This document shows, piece by piece, positions 43,808-53,015 of a stretch of DNA of 62,144 nucleotides. Within the stretch, counting starts at the first letter, position 1; each line of letters opens with the position of its first letter. The notes below the pieces were generated by a model. The model saw only the letters and a list, made by a program, of their open reading frames with translations. It was not told the DNA's origin and searched no databases. This DNA comes from Bacilli bacterium (GTDB taxonomy: Bacteria > Bacillota_I > Bacilli_A > RF39 > UBA660): the NCBI GenBank assembly GCA_017510225.1, contig JAFWNS010000043.1, positions 1-62,144 of the forward strand. The letters run 5' to 3'. The position numbers and the translations under genes are program-made.

Positions 43808-46345
43808 TTACTTTACATAACGATTTATATCTGCAGAACGATTTAATGTTTTTGTTTTACCATATGACATATCAAAATATGTACTATAATGTGTAATCAA
43901 TGGTGAAGAATATCTGTAAATATGTTGATAGATACCTGTATCACCAACTGGTTGTTGTGCAAAGTTTCCTTTGTAATTAGTATAATTACGGTCTTTTGTA
44001 TTTTTAGTATAATCTCTTATCTTAGCTAATTTTTCTTTAGTTAGTTTAACTCTGAAATCTAATTTAGCATCAGTATAAACTTCTTTTCCTTGAATTGCAC
44101 TTATCATAGCTTCTATATCAAGATTTTTGAAACTAGAAGCAGCAGTCCAGTTAAATCCAACATCATTTTCTTTTCTATCTCCAAACATCTTATTTGTATC
44201 AACAATTCTGAATTCTGAATTAGTTATTGGATTAGTCTCTTGTCCACATGGTTTATTACAACATTCTCCTGTACATGATTTTGGACAATCAGTTCCACAA
44301 CAATCCTTTGTACATTTTGAATCATTTGGTGGTGCTGTTTCTGTATTCTTAATAGCATAGAAACAATTCATTATAATTTCCCAAGCATAATGTCCAAAGT
44401 TTTTAGTAACACCTTTAATATTTTCCTTATCTTCTATTCTACCATTGAAATCTCCATTACTATCTCCGAAATATGAATTACCAACTTGATCCCACATCCA
44501 CCATTGGATATTAGTTGATTTAGCATTTAATGGTAAACAGAATTTATTTTCAAATGGTTTCCAATAAGCTCCGTTTTGTTTAGAATAAGAAATTTCTCCA
44601 TTCTTATTATTCATCCAAGTACCAGGGAATGTCCATTCACCTTGATACCAAGTAAATTTAGCATCTTTTGTATAACAAGAATTAGTATCTTCTGTCACAT
44701 GATTATACTTTGGTGAAATTATAGTTGTATTCTTTTTATCATTAGTATTATAAGTACCATCAGGTGAACTTAACTTATCATAATCTGAATCATTAGGGAA
44801 ATGTATTGTAGTTGCAGTTGATTGATCTGCTGCTTGATATTTAACATCGATAGTATAAGTAGATGTCTTAGTTGTACAACCCTTAGCAGCTTTACATTCT
44901 TTTAATTTTTTCTCATAATCTTCTGCATGTTTATCAGCATCTGCTTGTGCTTGTTTAGGATTTAGATAATCATCTTTGCTACAAGAATCTGTATCCCATG
45001 CGCAAGTTTCATTACAGTTAGTAGCCTTCCAAATACCATTAACTGGCACATATGTACACTTTTTACAGTAATGTTGATGCGGATCATAATTTCCATACCA
45101 ACGTCCTATTTTACTACTCTTAGAACGCCAATTTATACTATTACCACTCCAATAATAACATCCATCTTTATCAGGACAATTATATCCATATTTTTTAGAT
45201 GCTACTTGAGTTGCACCTATAGAAGTTGTAACATCATTCATAGCAGTGTTAGTTGTTTTTTCTGATTCTCCATAAACCTTCTTATAACATTTATCACTAC
45301 ATTTTCTGCTGTATTTTCCTCCATCACAGTCTTTAATACAACTTTCATATTTATCATTTGGTCCACCTTGTCTAATTGTACCTAAACTACTATTGAAACA
45401 TTCAGGTGGTGGTGTACAAGTTTTATAATCACTTTCTTTAGGATAATTATCAGTAACTTCTGCTTCACATTTTACATAACTAGTAACTTTAAATTTATAT
45501 TCAAAACATTGTCCAGCTTTTGAAGCAACAGGAGGTCCATATTCTGCTTTAAGAACTTCTGTACATTTTTTCTTACAAACAGTAACAGTTTTATCTTTTC
45601 TACCATTACTATATTTATATGTATAAGTTACTTTACCAGCATCTCCTTTAGTATAAAAATAATTTACATTAGAATAATAATTTTTCTTTTTATTATCTTC
45701 TGTATACTTCTCAGATTGTTTTATACCATTCTTATAATAATACTTACTAGAATTAGGATTACAATATAATTTTTTAGTTAAATCATCTTTTTTAACATAA
45801 TGACCTTGAGCTTCTTTTAAAGCCTTATCAAAATCAGGATGAGCTGGTGATTCAGATGCTTCCTTAATTAATTTTAATAATGTTGCTTTATTAATAATAG
45901 AAGCATTCATTTCACGTTTTGTACCATATGTAGTATATCCAACTGTTCCTTTTGTATTTTTCTTTTTATATTTAGCTCCTTTTGTATCAGCAGAACCAAC
46001 TTTGTTAACACCAAAATCTATAACTACTTGACTGTTATCAGGTGTAATAGTAAGTTCTTTACTTTCAGATCTAAATTTTGTACCTACATAGTTAGTAGTT
46101 GAATGACCCTTTACCTTCTCAATAATAAATTGAGTTCTCTGTTCAGTAGTCTTTTGTTGTTTATTCCAATCACACACTATTTTATAGACGTTCTTTCTAA
46201 CTCTTTTTAAATGAACTCCATAATAATCTGATAAATCTACTTTTTTACTCTTTGCATACGTATCTGGAGTATATGCAAAAATACAAAGTATTAACGAAAT
46301 AACAACCCCAATCTTTACTAATTTAAACTTCTTCATTTTCTTCAC
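43808..46345 (-). CDS. Large secreted cysteine-rich protein (candidate adhesin/tip or matrix component)
   Basis: Sec signal peptide (..FAYTPDTYA|KSKK). There are about 32 Cys in the mature part by hand count, many as CxxC, CxxxC or CC pairs (CKKKC, CIKDC, CSDKC, CKKC, CTKDCCGTDCPKSCTGECCNKPC). No sorting signal found. Confidence 0.6.
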   Translation of the reverse strand: MKKMKKFKLVKIGVVISLILCIFAYTPDTYAKSKKVDLSDYYGVHLKRVRKNVYKIVCDWNKQQKTTEQRTQFIIEKVKGHSTTNYVGTKFRSESKELTITPDNSQVVIDFGVNKVGSADTKGAKYKKKNTKGTVGYTTYGTKREMNASIINKATLLKLIKEASESPAHPDFDKALKEAQGHYVKKDDLTKKLYCNPNSSKYYYKNGIKQSEKYTEDNKKKNYYSNVNYFYTKGDAGKVTYTYKYSNGRKDKTVTVCKKKCTEVLKAEYGPPVASKAGQCFEYKFKVTSYVKCEAEVTDNYPKESDYKTCTPPPECFNSSLGTIRQGGPNDKYESCIKDCDGGKYSRKCSDKCYKKVYGESEKTTNTAMNDVTTSIGATQVASKKYGYNCPDKDGCYYWSGNSINWRSKSSKIGRWYGNYDPHQHYCKKCTYVPVNGIWKATNCNETCAWDTDSCSKDDYLNPKQAQADADKHAEDYEKKLKECKAAKGCTTKTSTYTIDVKYQAADQSTATTIHFPNDSDYDKLSSPDGTYNTNDKKNTTIISPKYNHVTEDTNSCYTKDAKFTWYQGEWTFPGTWMNNKNGEISYSKQNGAYWKPFENKFCLPLNAKSTNIQWWMWDQVGNSYFGDSNGDFNGRIEDKENIKGVTKNFGHYAWEIIMNCFYAIKNTETAPPNDSKCTKDCCGTDCPKSCTGECCNKPCGQETNPITNSEFRIVDTNKMFGDRKENDVGFNWTAASSFKNLDIEAMISAIQGKEVYTDAKLDFRVKLTKEKLAKIRDYTKNTKDRNYTNYKGNFAQQPVGDTGIYQHIYRYSSPLITHYSTYFDMSYGKTKTLNRSADINRYVK

Positions 46346-47171
46346 CTTCCAATATCTTTTTCACTTTTGAATATTTTTTATTAACTTTGACTCCATAATT
46401 TTTAAGTTTCTCACCTTTTCTAACTAATCTAGCATTTACTCTAAAATTAATTTTGTCATTATCTCCAAAAAATCTTGTACAAGTAATAAGTGAAATAAAC
46501 TTGTCTTTATTATTAACCGATACATCAAAATCATATATACTATTCTTTTTAGTATCGTTAATAAACTTATCTTTTTCTTTCTTTGTATAATTACTATCAG
46601 AATATAAATCTAACTTATAATAATTAACAAATTCAACAGAATATATTTTATAAATATAATTCTTACCATCAATGGTATATTGTATATATTTATTATCTTT
46701 AATATGATCATAATATACAAATGCCATCAAATCATCAAACCTTGAGAAATGTTTCAATGAAACATCCGGATGTGTAGATAAATTCAAAAGGTTATGTCCC
46801 ATTATGCTCACTTTATTAAATAGTTTTTCTTTACTATTCATATTCCAAACATAATTTTCTTTCTTTATATAATGATCTGCATCAGCATTCTCATCAGTTT
46901 TACTACCTTCATCATCACCATAATAATAAATTATTGGTGTATCTATCTTGGTTCCTTGAACTTTAACCCATCCTATAGTTTTTACATAAAGAGAATTATC
47001 TTTTTTTTGTTCTTCTTTTATGTTTTTAATTCTAGAATCAACTTTATATATATCTGGTTTAAAACTATCTATTAAGAATTTGATGCCTAAAACAGAAAGA
47101 ATTAAAAGCAAAACAATTAAAACTATAACTATTGCTTTTAATTTAGTTGTATGTTTATTTTTTACGAGCAT
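46323..47171 (-). CDS. Class B-like sortase
   Basis: N-terminal TM anchor and TIGWVKVQGTKIDTPIIY. Catalytic His (SIMGHNLL), Cys (SLITCTRF) and Arg (RVNARLV) appear in the canonical order. Confidence 0.75.
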   Translation of the reverse strand: MLVKNKHTTKLKAIVIVLIVLLLILSVLGIKFLIDSFKPDIYKVDSRIKNIKEEQKKDNSLYVKTIGWVKVQGTKIDTPIIYYYGDDEGSKTDENADADHYIKKENYVWNMNSKEKLFNKVSIMGHNLLNLSTHPDVSLKHFSRFDDLMAFVYYDHIKDNKYIQYTIDGKNYIYKIYSVEFVNYYKLDLYSDSNYTKKEKDKFINDTKKNSIYDFDVSVNNKDKFISLITCTRFFGDNDKINFRVNARLVRKGEKLKNYGVKVNKKYSKVKKILEGEENEEV

Positions 47172-47203
47172 ATAGACATCACCTCTACTCCTAAACCAAT
47201 ATC

Positions 47204-49018
47204 TTATTTAGTTATTTTATATGGATTATTCTTAGTTCCTTCTCCACTAACTACTTTAATATCAGAATTCATATAACCGCATAATCTAATACCAAATTCA
47301 TGGAAATCATACATATCTTCATTAGTAATATAACCAATATCTGTAATTAAAGCTTTCTTATATTGCTTCTTAGAAGAATTTATCAACCAATATGATCCCA
47401 TTGTAGCACCATCACGTTGATTATATACGAATGCACTAAACATATCATACATATTAGGAGCAAAAAGTTTTACCTTATACTTTTTAGTTTCCATCTCCTT
47501 TTTGTATTTAATACTATTTTTATAAATAGGAACCTCTATATCTTTCTTAACAAAATAATCAGTTTTTAAATACCTACTCATTTTGTTTTTAATAAAATAT
47601 CCTACATTTCCTCTTTGATTTGGATTGTATATTTTAGCCTTATCTTTTGTCTTATAGAATGTTAGAACATTTAGCTCATCACCTTTAACAGTGTTATCCA
47701 TTATAACTTTTGTTGTTCCATCATTATCTGTTTCTATAATCCTCCATAAATAATTAGCATATTCAAAATACTCACCAGTTTTTCTTTTATTTAGTTTTGT
47801 ATTAGTTTTAGCTTTCTTAACATCACCTAAGTAATATGGACTCTCATATGTACCTAAACCTTTCTTAACTAAAGAAGATCCTTTAATAGTTATAACTGGT
47901 CTAACACCATAATTATAATTCTTATCAAAAGCTAACATATCTTTACCATAATCTTCTTCATAAAAAGCATTTCTAGTAGCATATGATTCTTTATCATCTT
48001 TCTTATTAGCTAACCATGATATAGTAACTGGTTTTAAGAAACTATTTCCATCAACTAAACTTTTATTAAGTTCATTAGCCGATAAAATATATACTTTCTT
48101 TTTCTCAGTAGTAGAACTACATCTTGTTGTATCTGTATTAGTATCAGAAAGTTTCATATTACAATAATTATCTTCTACTATATATTTTTTAGATTTATTA
48201 TCTAGATGATCATAATAGTACTCTAACCATTTATCAATACTATCATAATTAACATTACTAACATCTTGATCTGCTATTATCTTTACATTAGTACCATCAG
48301 TACCAATAATTCTAAATAACATACCAGAAAAATAAATGTAATTATTTGGATTATCACCTTTATAATAACCTAACTTATCTGTATTCTTCTTAACAACATT
48401 TTTAATTCTTGAAACTACTTTTACTTTTCTAACTTTAACAGTCTTATTATTTAAACTATCATAAGCAGTATAAGTAACTTCATAAGTTCCAACTTTCTTA
48501 GTATTAACAGTTTTAGAATTAATAACAACTTCATTAGGACTAATTCTACCATCACTATTATCACTAACACTCTTAACACCTAATTCATTATACTTAGAAC
48601 CTTTATTAACAGTAACTACATCATTACCAAACAATGTTATCTCTGGACCTTTATGATCTACCATAGATCTCATAAAACCACATTCTAAGTATATATAATA
48701 TTTATATCTACCATCTACTCTTTTAACCTTTGCCCAACTATTAGTAACAGAACAAGATTTATTAGTTAAAGGAACATTCATATCTTCCTTTAAAAAAGCT
48801 TTACTATATAGATGTTTTAAAGAAATAGTTTTAACTCTACGTCCAGTAGGAAGTTCATTACTATTTACTTCAAAATATCTTTTAGAAGCTTTCATCATTT
48901 TATCTTCATTACTTTTAAATGTAATTATTGGGCTTAATATTAAAAACCAAACTAGAAATAATACTACAAATACAATACTGATCACACTAACTTTTCTTAC
49001 AATTTTCTCCGCATCCAT
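47204..49018 (-). CDS. Membrane-anchored surface protein with Ig-like (DUF5011-type) domain; paralogue of the 25756-27033 product
   Basis: TM anchor and the shared module SCSVTNSWAKVKRVDGRYKYYIYLECG. An Ig-like segment follows (GPEITLFGNDVVTVNKGSKYNELG...GTYEVTYTAYD). Two copies of the domain end in G.GT...PY.. Confidence 0.6.
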   Translation of the reverse strand: MDAEKIVRKVSVISIVFVVLFLVWFLILSPIITFKSNEDKMMKASKRYFEVNSNELPTGRRVKTISLKHLYSKAFLKEDMNVPLTNKSCSVTNSWAKVKRVDGRYKYYIYLECGFMRSMVDHKGPEITLFGNDVVTVNKGSKYNELGVKSVSDNSDGRISPNEVVINSKTVNTKKVGTYEVTYTAYDSLNNKTVKVRKVKVVSRIKNVVKKNTDKLGYYKGDNPNNYIYFSGMLFRIIGTDGTNVKIIADQDVSNVNYDSIDKWLEYYYDHLDNKSKKYIVEDNYCNMKLSDTNTDTTRCSSTTEKKKVYILSANELNKSLVDGNSFLKPVTISWLANKKDDKESYATRNAFYEEDYGKDMLAFDKNYNYGVRPVITIKGSSLVKKGLGTYESPYYLGDVKKAKTNTKLNKRKTGEYFEYANYLWRIIETDNDGTTKVIMDNTVKGDELNVLTFYKTKDKAKIYNPNQRGNVGYFIKNKMSRYLKTDYFVKKDIEVPIYKNSIKYKKEMETKKYKVKLFAPNMYDMFSAFVYNQRDGATMGSYWLINSSKKQYKKALITDIGYITNEDMYDFHEFGIRLCGYMNSDIKVVSGEGTKNNPYKITK

Positions 49019-49027
49019 ATTATTCTC

Positions 49028-50581
49028 CTATTTTAATTCAAAAGTATATTTCTTATTTCTAACCGTATAAACCATCTTCATATTTTTAGATTCAGATAAT
49101 TCCTTAGGAACTCTAATATACATATACTGACCCATATACTTTCTACCGATAGCATCTTTGATCTTTATACTCCTATCTTTATCTTTACTATCTATATAAT
49201 TAATTTTACCATATTTAGCCGAAAAGTCAATTAATTCTTTACCTTCAAAGGCGTCTGAAACGAAATCAATTTTTAATATTTTTGAATCATTATTACTACT
49301 TACAAAATCAGTCGCTGAAGCGCATAATTCTTCGTCATCACATTCTTCATAATTATATTCAGCTTTATCAACAAATTTAGCTGATTCTATAGTAAGATCT
49401 TTCTTATTAGGACCTACATCTATAACTGCTTTATGCCCTTTCTTAGTAGGTTTCATATCGACAATTTTTGACACATCTTCCATATTAAGTTTTATCTTTC
49501 TTAAAAACGGTTTATTATTTATATAATCTTGATAATAAAGAACAAACTTATCTTTAGGTAATTTTTTATCCACTTTAAAAACCATTATTAAATTAATATT
49601 CTCTCCTGATTTAAATTCTTTCTCAGAATAAGTAACTCCTAAATCAGAAAAATCACTTTCATAAGTTCTATAAGTATCCGTATAATCATTTACACCATTC
49701 ATAACATGAAATCTCTTAAAATTAATATCTCTACGATAAACATTATTTTTAATATTCATACTAACTATTACAAAATTACTAGTCTTAGAAATAACTTTTC
49801 CATTATAATTTTTATCTGTATAATAACTATTTTTAATATTTAAAGTATATCCATTTAATTCAAATACATCTCCTTGTTTATAAGATCTACGTAATATAAA
49901 TATGTTATAAAAAGATGTTACTAAAAATATCCCAATAACTAGAGTAATTAAAACATTAGATAAAAACTTATGTTCTTGATATACATAACCAACATTTCTA
50001 AGGAATCTCTTATAACCCCTAATAAAAGTATGTTTATCAATATCAATATTTACTTCAAATTCTTCTCTATCTCCACTATCTAGTTCTAGGTATTCCTGAT
50101 CTATTTTAAAATTAAAATTGTTAATATCAATACCAAATATTCTAATTAATAATATTATAAACACAGGATATTGTCCTAAAGAAACTATTAATAATAAATC
50201 CCTAATAGCTCTAACACCAGTAGTACCTTCTCCCCTATAATTAGAAAAGAAATTAGATGTTATTATAAGCATTAAAAACATTGCACTATATACAATAATA
50301 GGCACTAAATATAATTTCCATGGTTTATTTTTACGTTTTAATAAAACCAATAGTGCAACAGATAATCCAATAACAATCAATAACCCTAAAATAAGAATAA
50401 GATTGATGTGTCTAGATATAGGTTCAGAGTTAATATCATATGATCCTAAAGTTACAAACTCAGATACAAAAGATCTTGTCTGAATACATTTATAAAATAT
50501 ATAAGCACATAAAAACAACATAAAAATATGTATCTTTTTAAAGTTCTTAACTAAAAACGCATATGGCTTTCTGAATATCAT
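49028..50581 (-). CDS. Polytopic membrane protein with large extracytoplasmic C-terminal domain (unknown function), first gene of the cluster
   Basis: About five hydrophobic segments in the first 230 aa or so, then a hydrophilic domain of about 290 aa. The SD is GGTAGGAGGGTG. A TATAAT hexamer at 50608-50613 (minus strand) is a possible -10. Confidence 0.55.
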   Translation of the reverse strand: MIFRKPYAFLVKNFKKIHIFMLFLCAYIFYKCIQTRSFVSEFVTLGSYDINSEPISRHINLILILGLLIVIGLSVALLVLLKRKNKPWKLYLVPIIVYSAMFLMLIITSNFFSNYRGEGTTGVRAIRDLLLIVSLGQYPVFIILLIRIFGIDINNFNFKIDQEYLELDSGDREEFEVNIDIDKHTFIRGYKRFLRNVGYVYQEHKFLSNVLITLVIGIFLVTSFYNIFILRRSYKQGDVFELNGYTLNIKNSYYTDKNYNGKVISKTSNFVIVSMNIKNNVYRRDINFKRFHVMNGVNDYTDTYRTYESDFSDLGVTYSEKEFKSGENINLIMVFKVDKKLPKDKFVLYYQDYINNKPFLRKIKLNMEDVSKIVDMKPTKKGHKAVIDVGPNKKDLTIESAKFVDKAEYNYEECDDEELCASATDFVSSNNDSKILKIDFVSDAFEGKELIDFSAKYGKINYIDSKDKDRSIKIKDAIGRKYMGQYMYIRVPKELSESKNMKMVYTVRNKKYTFELK

Positions 50582-50640
50582 ATAAACACCCTCCTACCCT
50601 ATATTAAATTATACCGTAAAACAACCAAAAAGAAAAGCAC

Positions 50641-50665
50641 AAAAAAAATAATCTTTTCAGATTAT
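50641..50665 (-). terminator. Intrinsic terminator after greA
   Basis: Stem ATAATCT/AGATTAT with a 4-nt loop, overlapping the greA stop. About 7 U follow on the minus strand. Confidence 0.6.
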
Positions 50666-51132
50666 TTTATTGAAATTATTTCTACTTCATAATTACCATT
50701 AGGACTATCTACTGTAACAGTATCTCCTACTTTATGATCAAATAATGCTTGCGCAATTGGACTCTCATTAGAAATTCTACTTTCAAATGGATCTGCTTCT
50801 TGAGAACCAACGATTTTATATTCATCTTCTTCATTATCATCAACATATTTAATAGATACTGTATTACCAATACTAACTTTATCAGTAGATACATCCTCAA
50901 TGATAGAAGCTTTTTCTAACATCTTTTCTAATTGTTGAATTCTACCTTCTATTTGCGCTTGTTCATCACGAGCTGCATCATATTCAGCATTTTCAGATAA
51001 ATCACCCAAAGAACGAGCTTCCTTTATAGCTTGTATATTTTCAGGACGCTTAACATTTATTAAATCATCCAACTCTTTCTTTAATTCATCCAAACCCTCT
51101 TGTGTTAAATAAACAACATCTTTATTTTTCAT
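50662..51132 (-). CDS. greA: Transcription elongation factor GreA
   Basis: LT.EG...L..EL..L......I...I..AR..GDLSENAEYDAA...Q is the canonical GreA coiled-coil, followed by a C-terminal FKBP-like domain. The start follows GAGGTG. Confidence 0.9.
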   Translation of the reverse strand: MKNKDVVYLTQEGLDELKKELDDLINVKRPENIQAIKEARSLGDLSENAEYDAARDEQAQIEGRIQQLEKMLEKASIIEDVSTDKVSIGNTVSIKYVDDNEEDEYKIVGSQEADPFESRISNESPIAQALFDHKVGDTVTVDSPNGNYEVEIISIK

Positions 51133-51204
51133 ATTAATCACCTCGTATTTCAATCATAACTTTCAAAAGTATAACATATATAAAGTTATTTAGCAACAAC
51201 TATT

Positions 51205-51840
51205 TTATTTAGTTTTAACAAACCCCATATTTTTTTCTCTATCAATATTTTTTACAAAATATTCTAAATCTTCAAGACTATACTCATCAATTCTATTAGC
51301 ATTAGGAACATCTTTACCCTCTACTTTAGTTATTAAAAGATCATACTCTTCTGCTTCTACAGCAAAATCATCATCTGATAAAGCTAAAGCATTAGGATAT
51401 TTTTCAAGATGTTTTAAATCATCCATATTCTTAGAAATAATTTCTGCCTTTTCTATTTCTTTTACATCCTTATTTCTACTTCTAGCATATACTCCAGCAA
51501 TTGCTGCACCACATACAGCAATTGTTCCAGTAGCAAATACATATTTATTATGAGTAAAGATTGATACTGTTCCTATAACAATACCAGCAGTAGTAATGAT
51601 TCTAGAAATATCTCTTTTTAATTTAAACTTAGCTTTATTCTTTATACCATAATTTAATTGATCATTCATCTTTTTGTTTAACTTTTCGATATTTTCTTCA
51701 TTACTCTCAATTTGATTAAATTTTGTAGGTCTTTCAAACTTTCCATTTGAAACATAACTACAAATATTTTCTCCATCGTTAGTATACCCAAGTATATAAC
51801 TATCTTTCTTTTTATCATTTCCTAATCTGTAATCTCTCAT
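51205..51840 (-). CDS. Hypothetical membrane protein
   Basis: 211-aa ORF with two central hydrophobic segments. No family recognised. Confidence 0.45.
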   Translation of the reverse strand: MRDYRLGNDKKKDSYILGYTNDGENICSYVSNGKFERPTKFNQIESNEENIEKLNKKMNDQLNYGIKNKAKFKLKRDISRIITTAGIVIGTVSIFTHNKYVFATGTIAVCGAAIAGVYARSRNKDVKEIEKAEIISKNMDDLKHLEKYPNALALSDDDFAVEAEEYDLLITKVEGKDVPNANRIDEYSLEDLEYFVKNIDREKNMGFVKTK

Positions 51841-51883
51841 AATTTCTCCCCCTCAAAAATTAATACCAAGATTATACCACAAA

Positions 51884-53014
51884 TTAAGAGATTTTGCAAG
51901 CTTTTTTGACTTCATTTAAGAAGAAATCATCAGTCATTCCCGCAATAAAATCAATAACTATTCTCTTATTAGAATTATTATTAATATAATTATCACTCTT
52001 ATTATTTAAAAACATTCTAAATATTAAACTATCTTTATTAGTAGAATCTAAATCTTTTAAATAATTATTAAATATCATATTCATACCATTTCTATAATAT
52101 TCTAATTCTTTATCACTAATACTTTTAGAATATATATTTTCATAATTAAACTTCTTTAAATCAAATAAAGCTTTATATATATCTTCACTCATCATAATAT
52201 AATCTTTATCCATACTATTTTCTATAATATCTAAGATAATACTATTAACTATATCTTTATTGGTATCACCTAATACTTCTACTATCTCATCAGGAACTAA
52301 CGATCTTTTCATATCACCTAAAACAATAGCATCTTCTATATCTCTACCAATATATGCGATAACATCACTTATTCTAACTACACAACCTTCTAAAGTCATA
52401 GGTCTATATTTCTTAAAACTTTCTTTATCAGTATAACTTTCTTTGTATTCACGTAATACTTCATCTTTATCTTTTTTCATTACTTCATATTTATTAGATA
52501 ACATTTCTCCATTATGACACATAATACCATCTAATGTTTGAACACATAAATTTAGACCATTACCACCATTTTCTACTTCCATAAAATCTCTAACACTTTG
52601 AATATTATGCATAAAGTTTTCGCCTAGTTCTCTTTTAGAAATTTCATCTAACAGTCTTTCTCCAGTATGACCTAATGGAGTATGTCCAATATCATGACCA
52701 AGAGCAATTGCCTCTATTAAATCACAATTTAATCTTAAAGCTCTACCAATAGTTCTAGATATTTTACTAACTAATTGTACATGAATAATTCTTTTAGATA
52801 TATGATCATTTTCTTTAAAAGAATACACTTGTGTTTTATCTGAATATCTTGTGTAACTAAGAGAATGTATTATCTTATCTACATCCCTAAAAAAAGCAGG
52901 TCTAATGTCATCAACAATTTCATTATATCTTACTGCTTCACTACTCTTAGTAGCATAATCACTTAAAAATTTTTCACTAAGTAAAAAATTATCTTTTGCT
53001 TTAGATAATTTCAT
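51884..53014 (-). CDS. HD-domain dNTP triphosphohydrolase-like protein (dGTPase family)
   Basis: The HD motif context H.QLVS..SR.IGRAL.LN.DL.EAIALGHDIGHTPLGH.GE. The start ATG follows AAAGGAG. Confidence 0.75.
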   Translation of the reverse strand: MKLSKAKDNFLLSEKFLSDYATKSSEAVRYNEIVDDIRPAFFRDVDKIIHSLSYTRYSDKTQVYSFKENDHISKRIIHVQLVSKISRTIGRALRLNCDLIEAIALGHDIGHTPLGHTGERLLDEISKRELGENFMHNIQSVRDFMEVENGGNGLNLCVQTLDGIMCHNGEMLSNKYEVMKKDKDEVLREYKESYTDKESFKKYRPMTLEGCVVRISDVIAYIGRDIEDAIVLGDMKRSLVPDEIVEVLGDTNKDIVNSIILDIIENSMDKDYIMMSEDIYKALFDLKKFNYENIYSKSISDKELEYYRNGMNMIFNNYLKDLDSTNKDSLIFRMFLNNKSDNYINNNSNKRIVIDFIAGMTDDFFLNEVKKACKIS

Positions 53015-53015
53015 A

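Larger units (their letters stand above)
25756..50581 (-). other. Composite T4SS (conjugation-type) + Tad/Flp-type pilus gene cluster, 22 co-oriented ORFs, no mobility genes detected
   Basis: See the individual CDS entries. The cluster is bounded by housekeeping genes and intrinsic terminators. It contains internal promoters at 39440-39468 and 37646-37674 and an internal terminator at 37222-37251. Confidence 0.7.

Noticed and set aside
44219-44233. NPITN motif in the Cys-rich protein resembling the SrtB sorting motif NPQTN
   Set aside because: It lies 141 residues from the C-terminus and is not followed by a hydrophobic segment and a basic tail. It is therefore not a sorting signal.
44127-45265. 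Two plus-strand ORFs (44127-44360 and 45071-45265)
   Set aside because: Both lie antisense inside the 845-aa Cys-rich protein gene.
46872-47075. Plus-strand 67-aa ORF
   Set aside because: It lies antisense inside the sortase gene.
25756-50581. Annotating the cluster as an integrative conjugative element or mobile element
   Set aside because: T4SS genes are present, but I found no relaxase, integrase or recombinase, excisionase, replication gene, att-like repeats or tRNA target. Labelling it mobile is not supported by the sequence.
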